From the NCBI GenBank assembly GCA_003697105.1, contig RFFQ01000012.1:5434-69433 (forward strand): a stretch of 64,000 nucleotides of DNA. Reading direction: 5' to 3'. Origin of the DNA: Gemmatimonadota bacterium (GTDB lineage Bacteria > 4572-55 > J002). Position 1 is the first letter of the stretch. Every line of letters begins with the position of its first letter. The notes under the pieces are model-generated. The model was not told the DNA's origin and did not search any database. It saw only the letters and a program-made list of their open reading frames with translations. Below, one piece after another: positions 1 to 8,183 of the stretch. The position numbers and the translations under genes are program-made.

Positions 1-752
1 ATCGCAATCGAATCACTCACCGTATTTGTATTTAAATCGATAATGTCCACCTGCGCAAAAACTGCCGGATCACCAAAACCGTAATTCCCCGTGGCGAGAA
101 CGTGCAACTCATTTTCCCCATCCAATGCAAACGCTCCCGCATTGAGCGAGACCGGAATCGTTGCCGTCACCGTAAATGTGCCCAAATCGATTACCGAAAC
201 GGTTGCCGGATCGTAGGCATACGTCGTGAAGTCAAAACCGGAATTGGCACTGTACAACTTGCCGTCGTGGATTAGCAAATCTTGCGGGGATTTGCCTACA
301 TCTAAGGTACGCGTAACTTGATTTGTCTCCAAATGGATCTCCGCAATCTGGCTGGCGATAGTATTCGAGACATACCCAAAGCCCCGTGCCTCATCCAGCA
401 CAACATCCCACGGATTGGCATTTGCCCCCATATCGATCAACGCCACATCTTCCCGACTAATGAGATCGATCACTTGCACCGTGTTATCCAGAGAGTTGGT
501 GACATACGCAGTCAACCCGTCTTCGGTCACCGCAATGGATTGGGGGGACTGACCAACGACAATCGCATCATTTTCAACCGTTCCGGTATCCAAATCAATC
601 AGCGACAAGGTACCCGCAAGCCCATTTGCTACAATCAGCTCAAATTCCGGCATAACGGGTTCATTACCATCATCATCCTCATCACAACCCGTAATAACCA
701 ATAACGAAAAACTGAGGAAAAACACCAAACTAATACGACGTAACATCAACAT
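1..752 (-). CDS. Surface lipoprotein with YVTN-type beta-propeller repeats; the C-terminus lies outside the window. BtuG-like candidate.
   Basis: It is absent from the ORF track because it runs off the window edge. The reverse-strand ATG is at 752..750, with GGAGG just upstream. My translation (MLMLRRISLVFFLSFSLLVITGCDEDDDGNEP...) stays open down to position 1. It has a lipobox (LVITG|C) and repeated blades such as 'LTAYVTNSLDNTVQVIDL' and 'GFGYVSNTIASQIAEIHL'. It starts 8 nt after the BtuB-like stop on the same strand. Confidence 0.8.
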   Translation of the reverse strand, partial: MLMLRRISLVFFLSFSLLVITGCDEDDDGNEPVMPEFELIVANGLAGTLSLIDLDTGTVENDAIVVGQSPQSIAVTEDGLTAYVTNSLDNTVQVIDLISREDVALIDMGANANPWDVVLDEARGFGYVSNTIASQIAEIHLETNQVTRTLDVGKSPQDLLIHDGKLYSANSGFDFTTYAYDPATVSVIDLGTFTVTATIPVSLNAGAFALDGENELHVLATGNYGFGDPAVFAQVDIIDLNTNTVSDSIA

Positions 753-760
753 AAACCCTC

Positions 761-2614
761 CTAAAATATGAATTGAAGTTCACCCAGCCACTCTCGACCG
801 GGCATAGGAACATATTGAAAATCCGCATAATGTTGGTTGGTGAGATTGCGGCAGGTCAACGCGGAGCGCACCCGCTCACTCCATTGTAGGTCGAGCTTAA
901 CATGCCACAGGTCGTATCCAGCCAACCAATGAAAATTTGCGGCGTTAAGCGGTCGCCGTCCGACACCATTATAATCAAGGGTCAAGGTGTGATTTTGGAC
1001 CAACAATTGCACCTGACCACTGCTAAGATGTTGCGGACGACGAACGAGAATTTTACCATGAGTCGTCCGTTCGCCACTGCGATTCCGTGGATCGAGATAG
1101 GTATAATTCCCTGAGATCACCAACGAGACCAATGGCGCCAACCGTTGTTGCCAATAGAACTGGGTCTCAATACCCCGAATCTCCGCCCGTGCCAGATTGG
1201 AAGGTCGCCAAATACCGGCACCGGTATTTGACCACTGAATCCACTGGTCAATCCGATTCTGAAATAGACCCACTTCCAGCCGCAAATTTGATGTGAGATA
1301 AGCGATCACCCCACCATCCAGATTGAGGGCACGTTCCGGCTGAAGATTGGGATTGCCCTGTGCCAAACCGCTCTGTGTCCAAAATAGGTCGTCAAAATCC
1401 GGCAACTTGACCGCCCGCTCGATCTGGAATCGCCCCAACAGCCATACCCATCCCAATTGGCGGCGCATACCAAATTGGGGAGACCATTGCACCGGATATT
1501 CTGGTGTTAAAACGGTTCGGAGCGCCCCCAGCATCTTAATGCCCGCCCACGAATGCCGGTATTCAAAGAAGACCGCCGCCGAAGCTCGTGCTGGGTCACC
1601 GTCCGTGGTGCTCTTTAATTGGTCCCATTGGCTATTTATCCCGGCGAAGAGCGCTATAGAATCGGAAAATTGCACGGACTGCTCAAGTCCCACTTCCCAC
1701 CGCAAATGATCATGTTGAAATTTGGGTGCGTCTGACTGTTTGCGGTAGGTAGATAACTGCCGTCCTACGCTCATGACCCCATTTAGTTGGGAGAACATCA
1801 CAACCGGGATATTATCGTCCCATACGGTCGATAATTGCGCAGATTGATGCTCTGTGATACTCCGGGCAAGCGGTGTCGGAAAAGTAACCGTTCCCGGAGA
1901 GCCGCGTTCCGCATGGGAGACCGTCAATTGCAATTTGGTATGGTCTGTCCCCAATGAAAGGTGAACATTACCGGTTGTAAACGCACTATTTTGGAGATCA
2001 AAATCGGACTCCGCAGGACGCGCATCACCCTGTGTCACCTGCCCGGACAATTGCATATCCAGCAGATCAAATTCGTGCTGATACTCCAGATAGACACCCA
2101 GTTGCTGGAGATTTCCGGTCTGAAGCGTGAATCGAGTTTGGGGCTTTCCTCGCTGGGTAATCAAGTTGATCACGCCTCCCAAAGCACCGGCACCCCACCG
2201 GGCGGCACCCCCACTACGAATAATTTGCACCGCCGCAATGCGATTCAAAGAGAGATTACTCAGGTCTGCCGAACCACTCCGAATCGAGTTCAATTTGCGC
2301 CCATCCATGAGTACTAGCACATGGTCTGTCGCCGAACCCCGAATGGAAATTAATTGGGTTTCACCGCCGTATTGCTGCACATACACCCCCGGCACCGTCT
2401 GGAAAATATGAGCAAGGGAAATGGCCGGTAATGTTTGTATCTGTCCGGCAGTAATCGTGGTCGTAGTCGTTATCTGGTGATCATTAAAGATCACCATCCG
2501 CTCTCCGGCAACATCGACTGGCGGCAAATGGTAAATCTGTGTCGAATCTGCCGCAAAAGCGGCAACTGGAAGACGGCACCACACCAACCCTAACACTAAA
2601 CAGAAGTATCTCAT
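761..2614 (-). CDS. btuB: TonB-dependent outer-membrane receptor, vitamin B12 (BtuB-like) by context
   Basis: The ORF 761..2665 shows a plug domain ('ISIRGSATDHVLVLMDGRKLN', 'GGAARWGAGALGGVINLIT'), a beta-barrel and a terminal aromatic residue ('LQFIF'). I moved the start to MRYFCLVLGLVW (ATG 2614) because the upstream 17 codons cover a terminator hairpin. A cobalamin riboswitch lies directly upstream. Confidence 0.85.
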   Translation of the reverse strand: MRYFCLVLGLVWCRLPVAAFAADSTQIYHLPPVDVAGERMVIFNDHQITTTTTITAGQIQTLPAISLAHIFQTVPGVYVQQYGGETQLISIRGSATDHVLVLMDGRKLNSIRSGSADLSNLSLNRIAAVQIIRSGGAARWGAGALGGVINLITQRGKPQTRFTLQTGNLQQLGVYLEYQHEFDLLDMQLSGQVTQGDARPAESDFDLQNSAFTTGNVHLSLGTDHTKLQLTVSHAERGSPGTVTFPTPLARSITEHQSAQLSTVWDDNIPVVMFSQLNGVMSVGRQLSTYRKQSDAPKFQHDHLRWEVGLEQSVQFSDSIALFAGINSQWDQLKSTTDGDPARASAAVFFEYRHSWAGIKMLGALRTVLTPEYPVQWSPQFGMRRQLGWVWLLGRFQIERAVKLPDFDDLFWTQSGLAQGNPNLQPERALNLDGGVIAYLTSNLRLEVGLFQNRIDQWIQWSNTGAGIWRPSNLARAEIRGIETQFYWQQRLAPLVSLVISGNYTYLDPRNRSGERTTHGKILVRRPQHLSSGQVQLLVQNHTLTLDYNGVGRRPLNAANFHWLAGYDLWHVKLDLQWSERVRSALTCRNLTNQHYADFQYVPMPGREWLGELQFIF

Positions 2615-2624
2615 GATAAACCCA

Positions 2625-2660
2625 ATAAAAAAATCCCAACCCTCACCGGAGAGTTGGGAA
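2625..2660 (-). terminator. Intrinsic terminator forming the expression platform of the B12 riboswitch
   Basis: The minus strand reads 'TCCCAAC-TCTCCGGTGAG-GGTTGGGA' followed by TTTTTTT, about 10 nt before the btuB-like ATG. Confidence 0.65.
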
Positions 2661-2714
2661 CTCAATCCTTTTTAAACGGAAAAATTCCCATCCTTGCACC
2701 CCGAAGGATCGTCT

Positions 2715-2876
2715 GAATGACGGGTAGGCAGGTCTTCTGACTTTCGCATCCACCTTCCTCAATCCCTTCCTCCGAAAAGTGGTGTTGATTGAGGTCGTCC
2801 GCGATTACAGCAGCGGGGGCTGTTCCGGATTTGCACCGGATTCCCTATTCTCCCGCAGAGCGGGCACCTAGCCGAC
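2715..2876 (-). promoter_or_regulatory. Cobalamin (B12) riboswitch aptamer
   Basis: The minus strand reads '...GGTGCCCGCTCTGCGGGAGAATAGGGAATCCGGTGCAAATCCGGAACAGCCCCCGCTGCTGTAATCGCGGACGA...CCACTTTTCGGAGGAAGGG...'. The B12 box 'AGTCAGAAGACCTGCC' (2742..2727) matches the consensus rAGYCMGgAgaCCkGCc. Confidence 0.9.
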
Positions 2877-2954
2877 GTGTGATATACATTTTGTAAAAGA
2901 ACACGGGGCAATTTACGTGAAATCACCCCGAGGGTCAAGTCCATTTTTAGAAAA

Positions 2955-2998
2955 AACGCCATTTCTAAGATGAGAAGGGGTCATCGTGGAATGGCGTT
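2955..2998 (-). terminator. Candidate terminator downstream of ugd
   Basis: A 9-bp stem AACGCCATT/AATGGCGTT is followed by a T-run on the minus strand. The loop is large (26 nt), so confidence is only moderate. Confidence 0.45.
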
Positions 2999-3014
2999 TT
3001 AGCGGTTTACGGGC

Positions 3015-4331
3015 TTATTTTATACCGATACCATAATACTCAAAGCCTTGTTTGCGTAACTCATCCCGATTCAGGATATTCCGCCCATCAAAGATAAGCT
3101 TTCGCTTTAATAAACTCGCCATCTGCTCATAATCGGGATAGCGGAACTCACGCCACTCGGTTAAGAGGAGCAGACAATCCGCACCTGTTAAAACCTCATA
3201 CGGGTCGGCGGCATATTCCAGTTTATCACCCATAATCAATTTGGCATTTTCCATCGCTTGGGGGTCATAGCCTTTGATGTGGCAGCCCGCTTCATAAAAT
3301 TTATCAACTAACACAATTGAGGGAGCTTCCCGCATATCATCGGTTTCCGGTTTAAACGAAAGTCCCCAGAGGGCAATCGTTTTCCCCTTGAGGTTACCCT
3401 CAAAATACCGGGACACTTTATGGAACAGCACCAATTTTTGGTCCGCGTTGACCGCCTCCACCGCATTCAGAATCCGTAAGTCATAGCCATGTTCTTTGCC
3501 GGTTTTGATAAGCGCTTTGACATCCTTGGGGAAACATGACCCCCCATACCCAATACCCGGATATAAAAATTTGGGACCGATACGCGGGTCGCTGCCGATA
3601 CCTTTCCGCACTTTATTGACATCCGCCCCGAGCAATTCACACAGATTGGCAATATCGTTCATAAAACTAATCCGCGTGGCAAGCATGGCATTGGCGGCAT
3701 ATTTGGTCATTTCCGCTGAGGGAATATCCATAAAAATAAGGGGATGCCCATTCAGAATAAACGGTTTATAGAGTCGCTCCATAATTTGTTGGGCTTTATC
3801 CGTATCGACCCCCACCACAATGCGGTCGGGCTTGAGAAAATCGTCTATCGCCGCGCCCTCCTTCAAAAATTCAGGATTGGACGCCACATCAAAAGTTAGG
3901 TCACTCTGGCGAGCGTCCAATTCATGTTGTACCGCCTGACGTACTTTTTCTGCGGTACCAACGGGCACCGTACTTTTGGTGACGACTACCAGATAATTTT
4001 GCATATATTTACCGATATTTTTAGCGACAGCCACTACATGTTGTAAATCGGCACTCCCATCTTCATCGGGTGGTGTCCCTACAGCGATAAAAGCGACTTC
4101 CACATCCTTCACACTCTGCTCAATATCGGTTGAAAAATGAATCCGTCCTTTTTCCATATTTCGGATCAGTAATTCTTCCAGCCCCGGTTCGTAAATTGGT
4201 GAAATTCCTTTTTTTAGATTATCAATTTTACGCTGATCTACATCCATGCAGACCACATCAATACCAATTTCAGCAAAACAGACTCCGGTCACCAGCCCAA
4301 CATAGCCAGTACCGACCACTAAAATTTTCAT
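3015..4331 (-). CDS. ugd: UDP-glucose 6-dehydrogenase
   Basis: 438 aa. It has an N-terminal Rossmann motif ('MKILVVGTGYVGLVTG'), the catalytic 'GGSCFPKDV', and family-typical 'NPEFLKEG' and 'WGLSFKPETDDMREAP'. Confidence 0.92.
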   Translation of the reverse strand: MKILVVGTGYVGLVTGVCFAEIGIDVVCMDVDQRKIDNLKKGISPIYEPGLEELLIRNMEKGRIHFSTDIEQSVKDVEVAFIAVGTPPDEDGSADLQHVVAVAKNIGKYMQNYLVVVTKSTVPVGTAEKVRQAVQHELDARQSDLTFDVASNPEFLKEGAAIDDFLKPDRIVVGVDTDKAQQIMERLYKPFILNGHPLIFMDIPSAEMTKYAANAMLATRISFMNDIANLCELLGADVNKVRKGIGSDPRIGPKFLYPGIGYGGSCFPKDVKALIKTGKEHGYDLRILNAVEAVNADQKLVLFHKVSRYFEGNLKGKTIALWGLSFKPETDDMREAPSIVLVDKFYEAGCHIKGYDPQAMENAKLIMGDKLEYAADPYEVLTGADCLLLLTEWREFRYPDYEQMASLLKRKLIFDGRNILNRDELRKQGFEYYGIGIK

Positions 4332-4449
4332 TCGTAAACCTCCTTAGAACTAAAATTCATAAAGGTTAGTTGTGAACAAACAAAACAAACGTGAGACGGT
4401 ATCCACACCGTTCCTTCCAACACCGTAAATGGGTTGGAATAAGTGAATT

Positions 4450-4480
4450 AACCCTTAGGGATTTAATTCTCCTAAGGGTT
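4450..4480 (-). terminator. Hairpin terminator candidate after the 4533..5741 gene (symmetric)
   Basis: A 10-bp stem AACCCTTAGG/CCTAAGGGTT with an 11-nt loop sits about 50 nt past the stop. The U-tract is better on the + strand (TTTTCTCC) than on the minus strand. Confidence 0.45.
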
Positions 4481-4532
4481 TTCTCCTCAATAACTGCCCA
4501 CTATCACTCAAATATGGCAAAGCTATGGGATA

Positions 4533-5741
4533 TTAATCCAGATATGCGACAACAGCTCGCACAAAATAGTGCTCATTGGGATAGAGCGCCCATGTCGAAC
4601 CGTTGAAATCCCAAGATCGTTGGGTAGAAGAATCCAAATCCGACCCTAGAGCGGGGCAATCATCGGTCAACCATTGAAAAGCAACGATAAAATCCCCATC
4701 AACGGTCAGATTTTGGTCACTAAAATCGACTTCAATCCATCCGGCGGCTACCGGTTCTACGTTGACTGCCGTTCCGAGTTGAGCACCCGGAGACCCTCCT
4801 GTAAATTCGTAAATTTTGGCGGAAAACGTGTTATTGGAATCCGCACCACAAATATCTTTGATATAAAATTTTGCGGACATCAATTGTGCTGGTGCCGGTG
4901 CGGTAAGACGAATACCCGAAACAAAACCGGCATCCACCAGCCGTCCCACGCCTTGTCCCGTGCCCCAACCGGTTTCTGGATCGCCATCATCATAAAATAA
5001 TTCGGTTGGTAATTCACTAATCTGTTCAATAGAGATCAGTTCACTCTCATCCAACAGAGTATCATCAGTATCTTTCAACTGTACTTGAAAGGTATTGATA
5101 GCATCGGTTGCCAACGTGACGGTTGTCTGACCGGTATGAAATCCATTTTCAGCACCGCTTTCCATCGACTGGCTTCTCCCGTTAAACAGCAAATCAAATT
5201 GTCCAATTTCTGTGGTCAATGGGATATTGGATGTGGCTTTGACATCCACTTCCGTAGCGGTCGTTATTTCACCATTTTCAATCTCATTCGTGGTATCCGC
5301 CGCATACAAGGTCAATGTGACCTGTGGTGTGGTACTGCCTCCCCCACCGCCAGACCCATCCGTAACATAGATTGCTACTTCACCGGTAGAAACACGGGTG
5401 GTATCTTCCTGTAGCCGCACACGCACAGTCACTACATCCGTACCGGGGATGCTGGGGGCAGTGTAATTGGTTATCGCTGCCGTTGGATTCTGAATTTGAC
5501 CTCCCCCTTCAGACGCCGTCCAAAGGTACTCCAGCGGGTAATTATTCACGTTAGTAACTTGCACCCGCAATTGGGAGGTACCATTTGGTTCCACAATGGG
5601 CGGCACGGCGACAACGGTCGTAATAACAACCCCTTCCGGGCCTGGGGGTCCATCGGGTCCCTGTTCACCCGTACAACTAAAAAACAGCAGACCAGCTAAA
5701 ACCCCTACCACCACTCCCATCAAAACTGAAAAATGACGCAT
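4533..5741 (-). CDS. Secreted lipoprotein of unknown function (collagen-like GPxGPPGPEG stretch, Ig-like region, C-terminal beta-sandwich-like domain)
   Basis: 402 aa. Signal peptide plus lipobox ('LLFFS|C'), then 'GEQGPDGPPGPEG'. There is an internal 'GSGGGGGS' linker. I recognise no catalytic motif. Confidence 0.75.
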   Translation of the reverse strand: MRHFSVLMGVVVGVLAGLLFFSCTGEQGPDGPPGPEGVVITTVVAVPPIVEPNGTSQLRVQVTNVNNYPLEYLWTASEGGGQIQNPTAAITNYTAPSIPGTDVVTVRVRLQEDTTRVSTGEVAIYVTDGSGGGGGSTTPQVTLTLYAADTTNEIENGEITTATEVDVKATSNIPLTTEIGQFDLLFNGRSQSMESGAENGFHTGQTTVTLATDAINTFQVQLKDTDDTLLDESELISIEQISELPTELFYDDGDPETGWGTGQGVGRLVDAGFVSGIRLTAPAPAQLMSAKFYIKDICGADSNNTFSAKIYEFTGGSPGAQLGTAVNVEPVAAGWIEVDFSDQNLTVDGDFIVAFQWLTDDCPALGSDLDSSTQRSWDFNGSTWALYPNEHYFVRAVVAYLD

Positions 5742-5829
5742 CTGACTCCTCCGGTCATAAATAAAAATGGACAGTTCAATTCATGGCACAACTAAGGGCT
5801 ATTTAGGCAGAAAGTCAAGAGCTTTCTAC

Positions 5830-5859
5830 TTGACAATCTACGAGAAAAAACCGTAGAAT
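5830..5859 (+). promoter_or_regulatory. Sigma70-like promoter candidate for the MBL hydrolase gene
   Basis: TTGACA (5830..5835), an 18-nt spacer and TAGAAT (5854..5859), about 40 nt before the ATG at 5898. Confidence 0.45.
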
Positions 5860-5897
5860 GTGCCATCTTATTCACTTTAAATATTTAGAGGTTGGTC

Positions 5898-6527
5898 ATG
5901 ATTTTAGAGACTTTTGTTGTTACCCCGTTTCAGGAAAACACCTATCTAGTCGCAAGTGAAAGTACTCGAAATGCAATCATTATCGATCCGGGTGGAGACG
6001 CTGACATGCTAATCCGGGCGATTGAAGCAGGTAACTATCACGTACAGCGGATCATCAACACCCACGGTCACATAGATCATGTGGGAGCGGTACAAGCACT
6101 GAAAGACCGGTTTGATGTCCCCTTTTGCCTACACCGCGCGGATCAATTTTTACTGGATCATCTCCCGCAAATTGCCGAGATGTACGGGATACCGATCAGC
6201 GGTGTACCCGAAATCGATCACTACTTGAATCCCGGGGAAAATATCACTCTTGATGAAATTGAATTTGAAGTCCGTTTTACTCCCGGGCACTCTCCCGGCA
6301 GTGTCTCACTCGTAACCAATCAAAACATCGTGTTCAGTGGAGATGCGCTCTTTGCCGGTTCGATTGGCCGCACGGACTTACCCGGCGGCGATCACGCGAC
6401 CCTGATCACATCGATCCAAACCCAATTGCTGAGCTTGCCCGATGAATTTCAGGTCTATTCAGGGCATGGACCCGTGACAACCATCGGACAAGAGCGGCGT
6501 TTCAACCCGTTTCTACAAAGTGTGTAA
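5898..6527 (+). CDS. MBL-fold metallo-hydrolase (hydroxyacylglutathione-hydrolase-like)
   Basis: It carries the 'THGHIDHVG' HxHxDH motif, 'TPGHSPGS' and 'GDALFAGSIGRTD'. I prefer ATG 5898, which has GAGG 6 nt upstream, over the track's TTG at 5892. Confidence 0.88.
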   Translation: MILETFVVTPFQENTYLVASESTRNAIIIDPGGDADMLIRAIEAGNYHVQRIINTHGHIDHVGAVQALKDRFDVPFCLHRADQFLLDHLPQIAEMYGIPISGVPEIDHYLNPGENITLDEIEFEVRFTPGHSPGSVSLVTNQNIVFSGDALFAGSIGRTDLPGGDHATLITSIQTQLLSLPDEFQVYSGHGPVTTIGQERRFNPFLQSV

Positions 6528-6716
6528 CGCAAGCACCACAGGTCAAGCGAAATCCACATTAAATCCGTTTGTAACCGCTGATTTTTGGCGGTTAACCGCA
6601 TTAACGCGGGAATCATGCCTAATAATAAAATTCACCTCAAGTTCAATATCGCCTCGCCCTATCTTCCCTGCATAACGGTTATAGCATCACGGAAGTTGCC
6701 GAGAACGTGTTGCCTG

Positions 6717-6746
6717 ACTCCCGCTTATACCCGTGCGGGAGTTTTC
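6717..6746 (+). terminator. Orphan intrinsic terminator about 190 nt downstream of the MBL gene
   Basis: Stem ACTCCCGC/GCGGGAGT (8 bp), a 10-nt loop, then TTTT. Confidence 0.55.
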
Positions 6747-6784
6747 CACGAAAAATCAAAAAAAATATAGAATGCGGTGCTTCG

Positions 6785-7081
6785 ATGGCTTGTGCAGTTG
6801 TACCCGCAACATGTCTATTGGAGAGATGCCTCACTGGTAAACGTGCGGATCCAGCTCTGAAAAGCGGATGTACCGAACATGGGACGGCAAAAGATTGGGC
6901 AGGATGTGGGATTTATCGTCCCGATGAGGATTATGGCCGGCGTTTCGGGGAAAAACCCGCGTCACCAAACATCTTACGGGCAATTACCAACGCCGTTTGG
7001 GGGATGTTGGACAAACACAAGACCCACTTCATGGATAATTTGAACGAAACAGACGATGACGGCTTGACCGGCTATTTGTAG
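6785..7081 (+). CDS. Hypothetical Cys-rich small protein (doubtful; may be non-coding)
   Basis: This is the in-frame ATG inside track ORF 6707..7081 (MACAVVPATCLLERCLTGKR...). A TAGAAT -10-like box at 6768..6773 would give an almost leaderless transcript. I see no recognisable family and no SD. It overlaps the convergent DUF420 gene by 10 nt. Confidence 0.25.
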   Translation: MACAVVPATCLLERCLTGKRADPALKSGCTEHGTAKDWAGCGIYRPDEDYGRRFGEKPASPNILRAITNAVWGMLDKHKTHFMDNLNETDDDGLTGYL

Positions 7082-7488
7082 TGATATAACATCAAATAAA
7101 CAATCACACCCGAGACAGAAACAAACATCCAGACCGGAAAAATCCAGCGGGCAAGGCGGCGGTGCTTCTCAAATTGCTGGCGCCAGGCATGCCACACCAG
7201 TACCAAAATGAAGGGGGTCATCAATGCCGCCAAAATGACATGCGGAATTAGGATTGAAAAATAGAGTGGGCGCGTCCAGTCGTAGTGTGGATATTTGACG
7301 GATCCGACAAAATAGTGATAAATCAAATACGAGGTCAAAAACAAGGCAGACGAAATCAACGCCGCGATCATTAATTTTTGGTGTGTTTCGCGATTCCCCC
7401 GCCGGATATGAAGGTATCCGAAGGTGAGCAAAACGGCACTGACGGTGTTCAAGGTGGCATTGAGCGTGGGTAAAGTAGTGATAGACAT
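7072..7488 (-). CDS. DUF420 (CtaM/YozB-like) membrane protein associated with haem-copper oxidase clusters
   Basis: 138 aa with 4 TM segments and family-typical 'LNATLNTVSAVLLTFGY', 'HQKLM', 'HRRLARWIFPVWMFVSVSGVIVYLMLY'. It is the last gene of the oxidase block. Confidence 0.8.
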   Translation of the reverse strand: MSITTLPTLNATLNTVSAVLLTFGYLHIRRGNRETHQKLMIAALISSALFLTSYLIYHYFVGSVKYPHYDWTRPLYFSILIPHVILAALMTPFILVLVWHAWRQQFEKHRRLARWIFPVWMFVSVSGVIVYLMLYHYK

Positions 7489-7489
7489 G

Positions 7490-8095
7490 CTACAACCTTT
7501 TCAACAAAGCGTGAATATCTGCCCGAAGTTGGCGCAAACGGTCGGTATCAAAACTGTTGTAGTACCCCCGAATCAGGCCCGCCGCATCCACCAGCACAAA
7601 TTTACTACTATGCCCCATCGGTAGATTCTCTGCCGGTAGAAAAAATCCCTTTTCACTTAAATCGATCACCTTTTGCACGTTTTCTTCCCGCAAAAAGCGC
7701 CACCGGTTATCCGTCACCCCGTGTTCCTTTGCATATTCCTGCAACACGTGGAGCGAATCCCGCGCGGGATCAACCGAAATCGAGACAAATTGCACTAACG
7801 GTTGGTCGGCATACGCTTCATAGAGTTCCGCCATCCGGGCACTCATGGTTGGGCAGACACCCGGGCAATTCGTAAAAATAAAATCTACCACACTAATTTT
7901 CCCCGTGAGGTCGTCCCGTCCAAACGGCTCACTGTTTTGGTCTATGAATTCAAACGCCGGAACTTCTCCATATACGTCTAATGAGGTTTGCTGCGATTGG
8001 ACGTAGGCAAAGATAAATAACCCTCCACCAAGACCGATCATCAGAAAAAAGACGCCTAAAAAGACTTTTATACTGCCTCGCGTTGAATTTAGCAT
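7490..8095 (-). CDS. SCO1/SenC-family copper chaperone (thioredoxin fold)
   Basis: 201 aa with an N-terminal TM segment, the 'FIFTNCPGVCP' CxxxC copper site and a downstream His ('MGHSS'). Confidence 0.88.
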   Translation of the reverse strand: MLNSTRGSIKVFLGVFFLMIGLGGGLFIFAYVQSQQTSLDVYGEVPAFEFIDQNSEPFGRDDLTGKISVVDFIFTNCPGVCPTMSARMAELYEAYADQPLVQFVSISVDPARDSLHVLQEYAKEHGVTDNRWRFLREENVQKVIDLSEKGFFLPAENLPMGHSSKFVLVDAAGLIRGYYNSFDTDRLRQLRADIHALLKRL

Positions 8096-8183
8096 AAATA
8101 AAATACACCTCCTCTAAAACAAAAAGCGACCCCTTTACGAAAGAGCCGCCTTTTTTGCCAATCCGAATCACGTCCAATAGAGG

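Noticed and set aside
318-704. Track ORF of 128 aa on the + strand
   Set aside because: It lies entirely antisense to the well-supported lipoprotein gene (1..752, minus). It has no SD and no recognisable motif, so it is a typical shadow ORF.
2759-2962. Track ORF of 67 aa (minus) upstream of btuB
   Set aside because: It overlaps the cobalamin riboswitch aptamer, and the sequence is explained by conserved RNA structure. The 17 extra N-terminal codons of the btuB track ORF (2615..2665) likewise cover the riboswitch terminator.
6585-6770. Track ORF of 61 aa (+) in the gap after the MBL gene
   Set aside because: It reads straight through an intrinsic terminator hairpin (6717..6746) and has no SD. 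I treat the region as non-coding or unknown; see the finding for 6528..7081.
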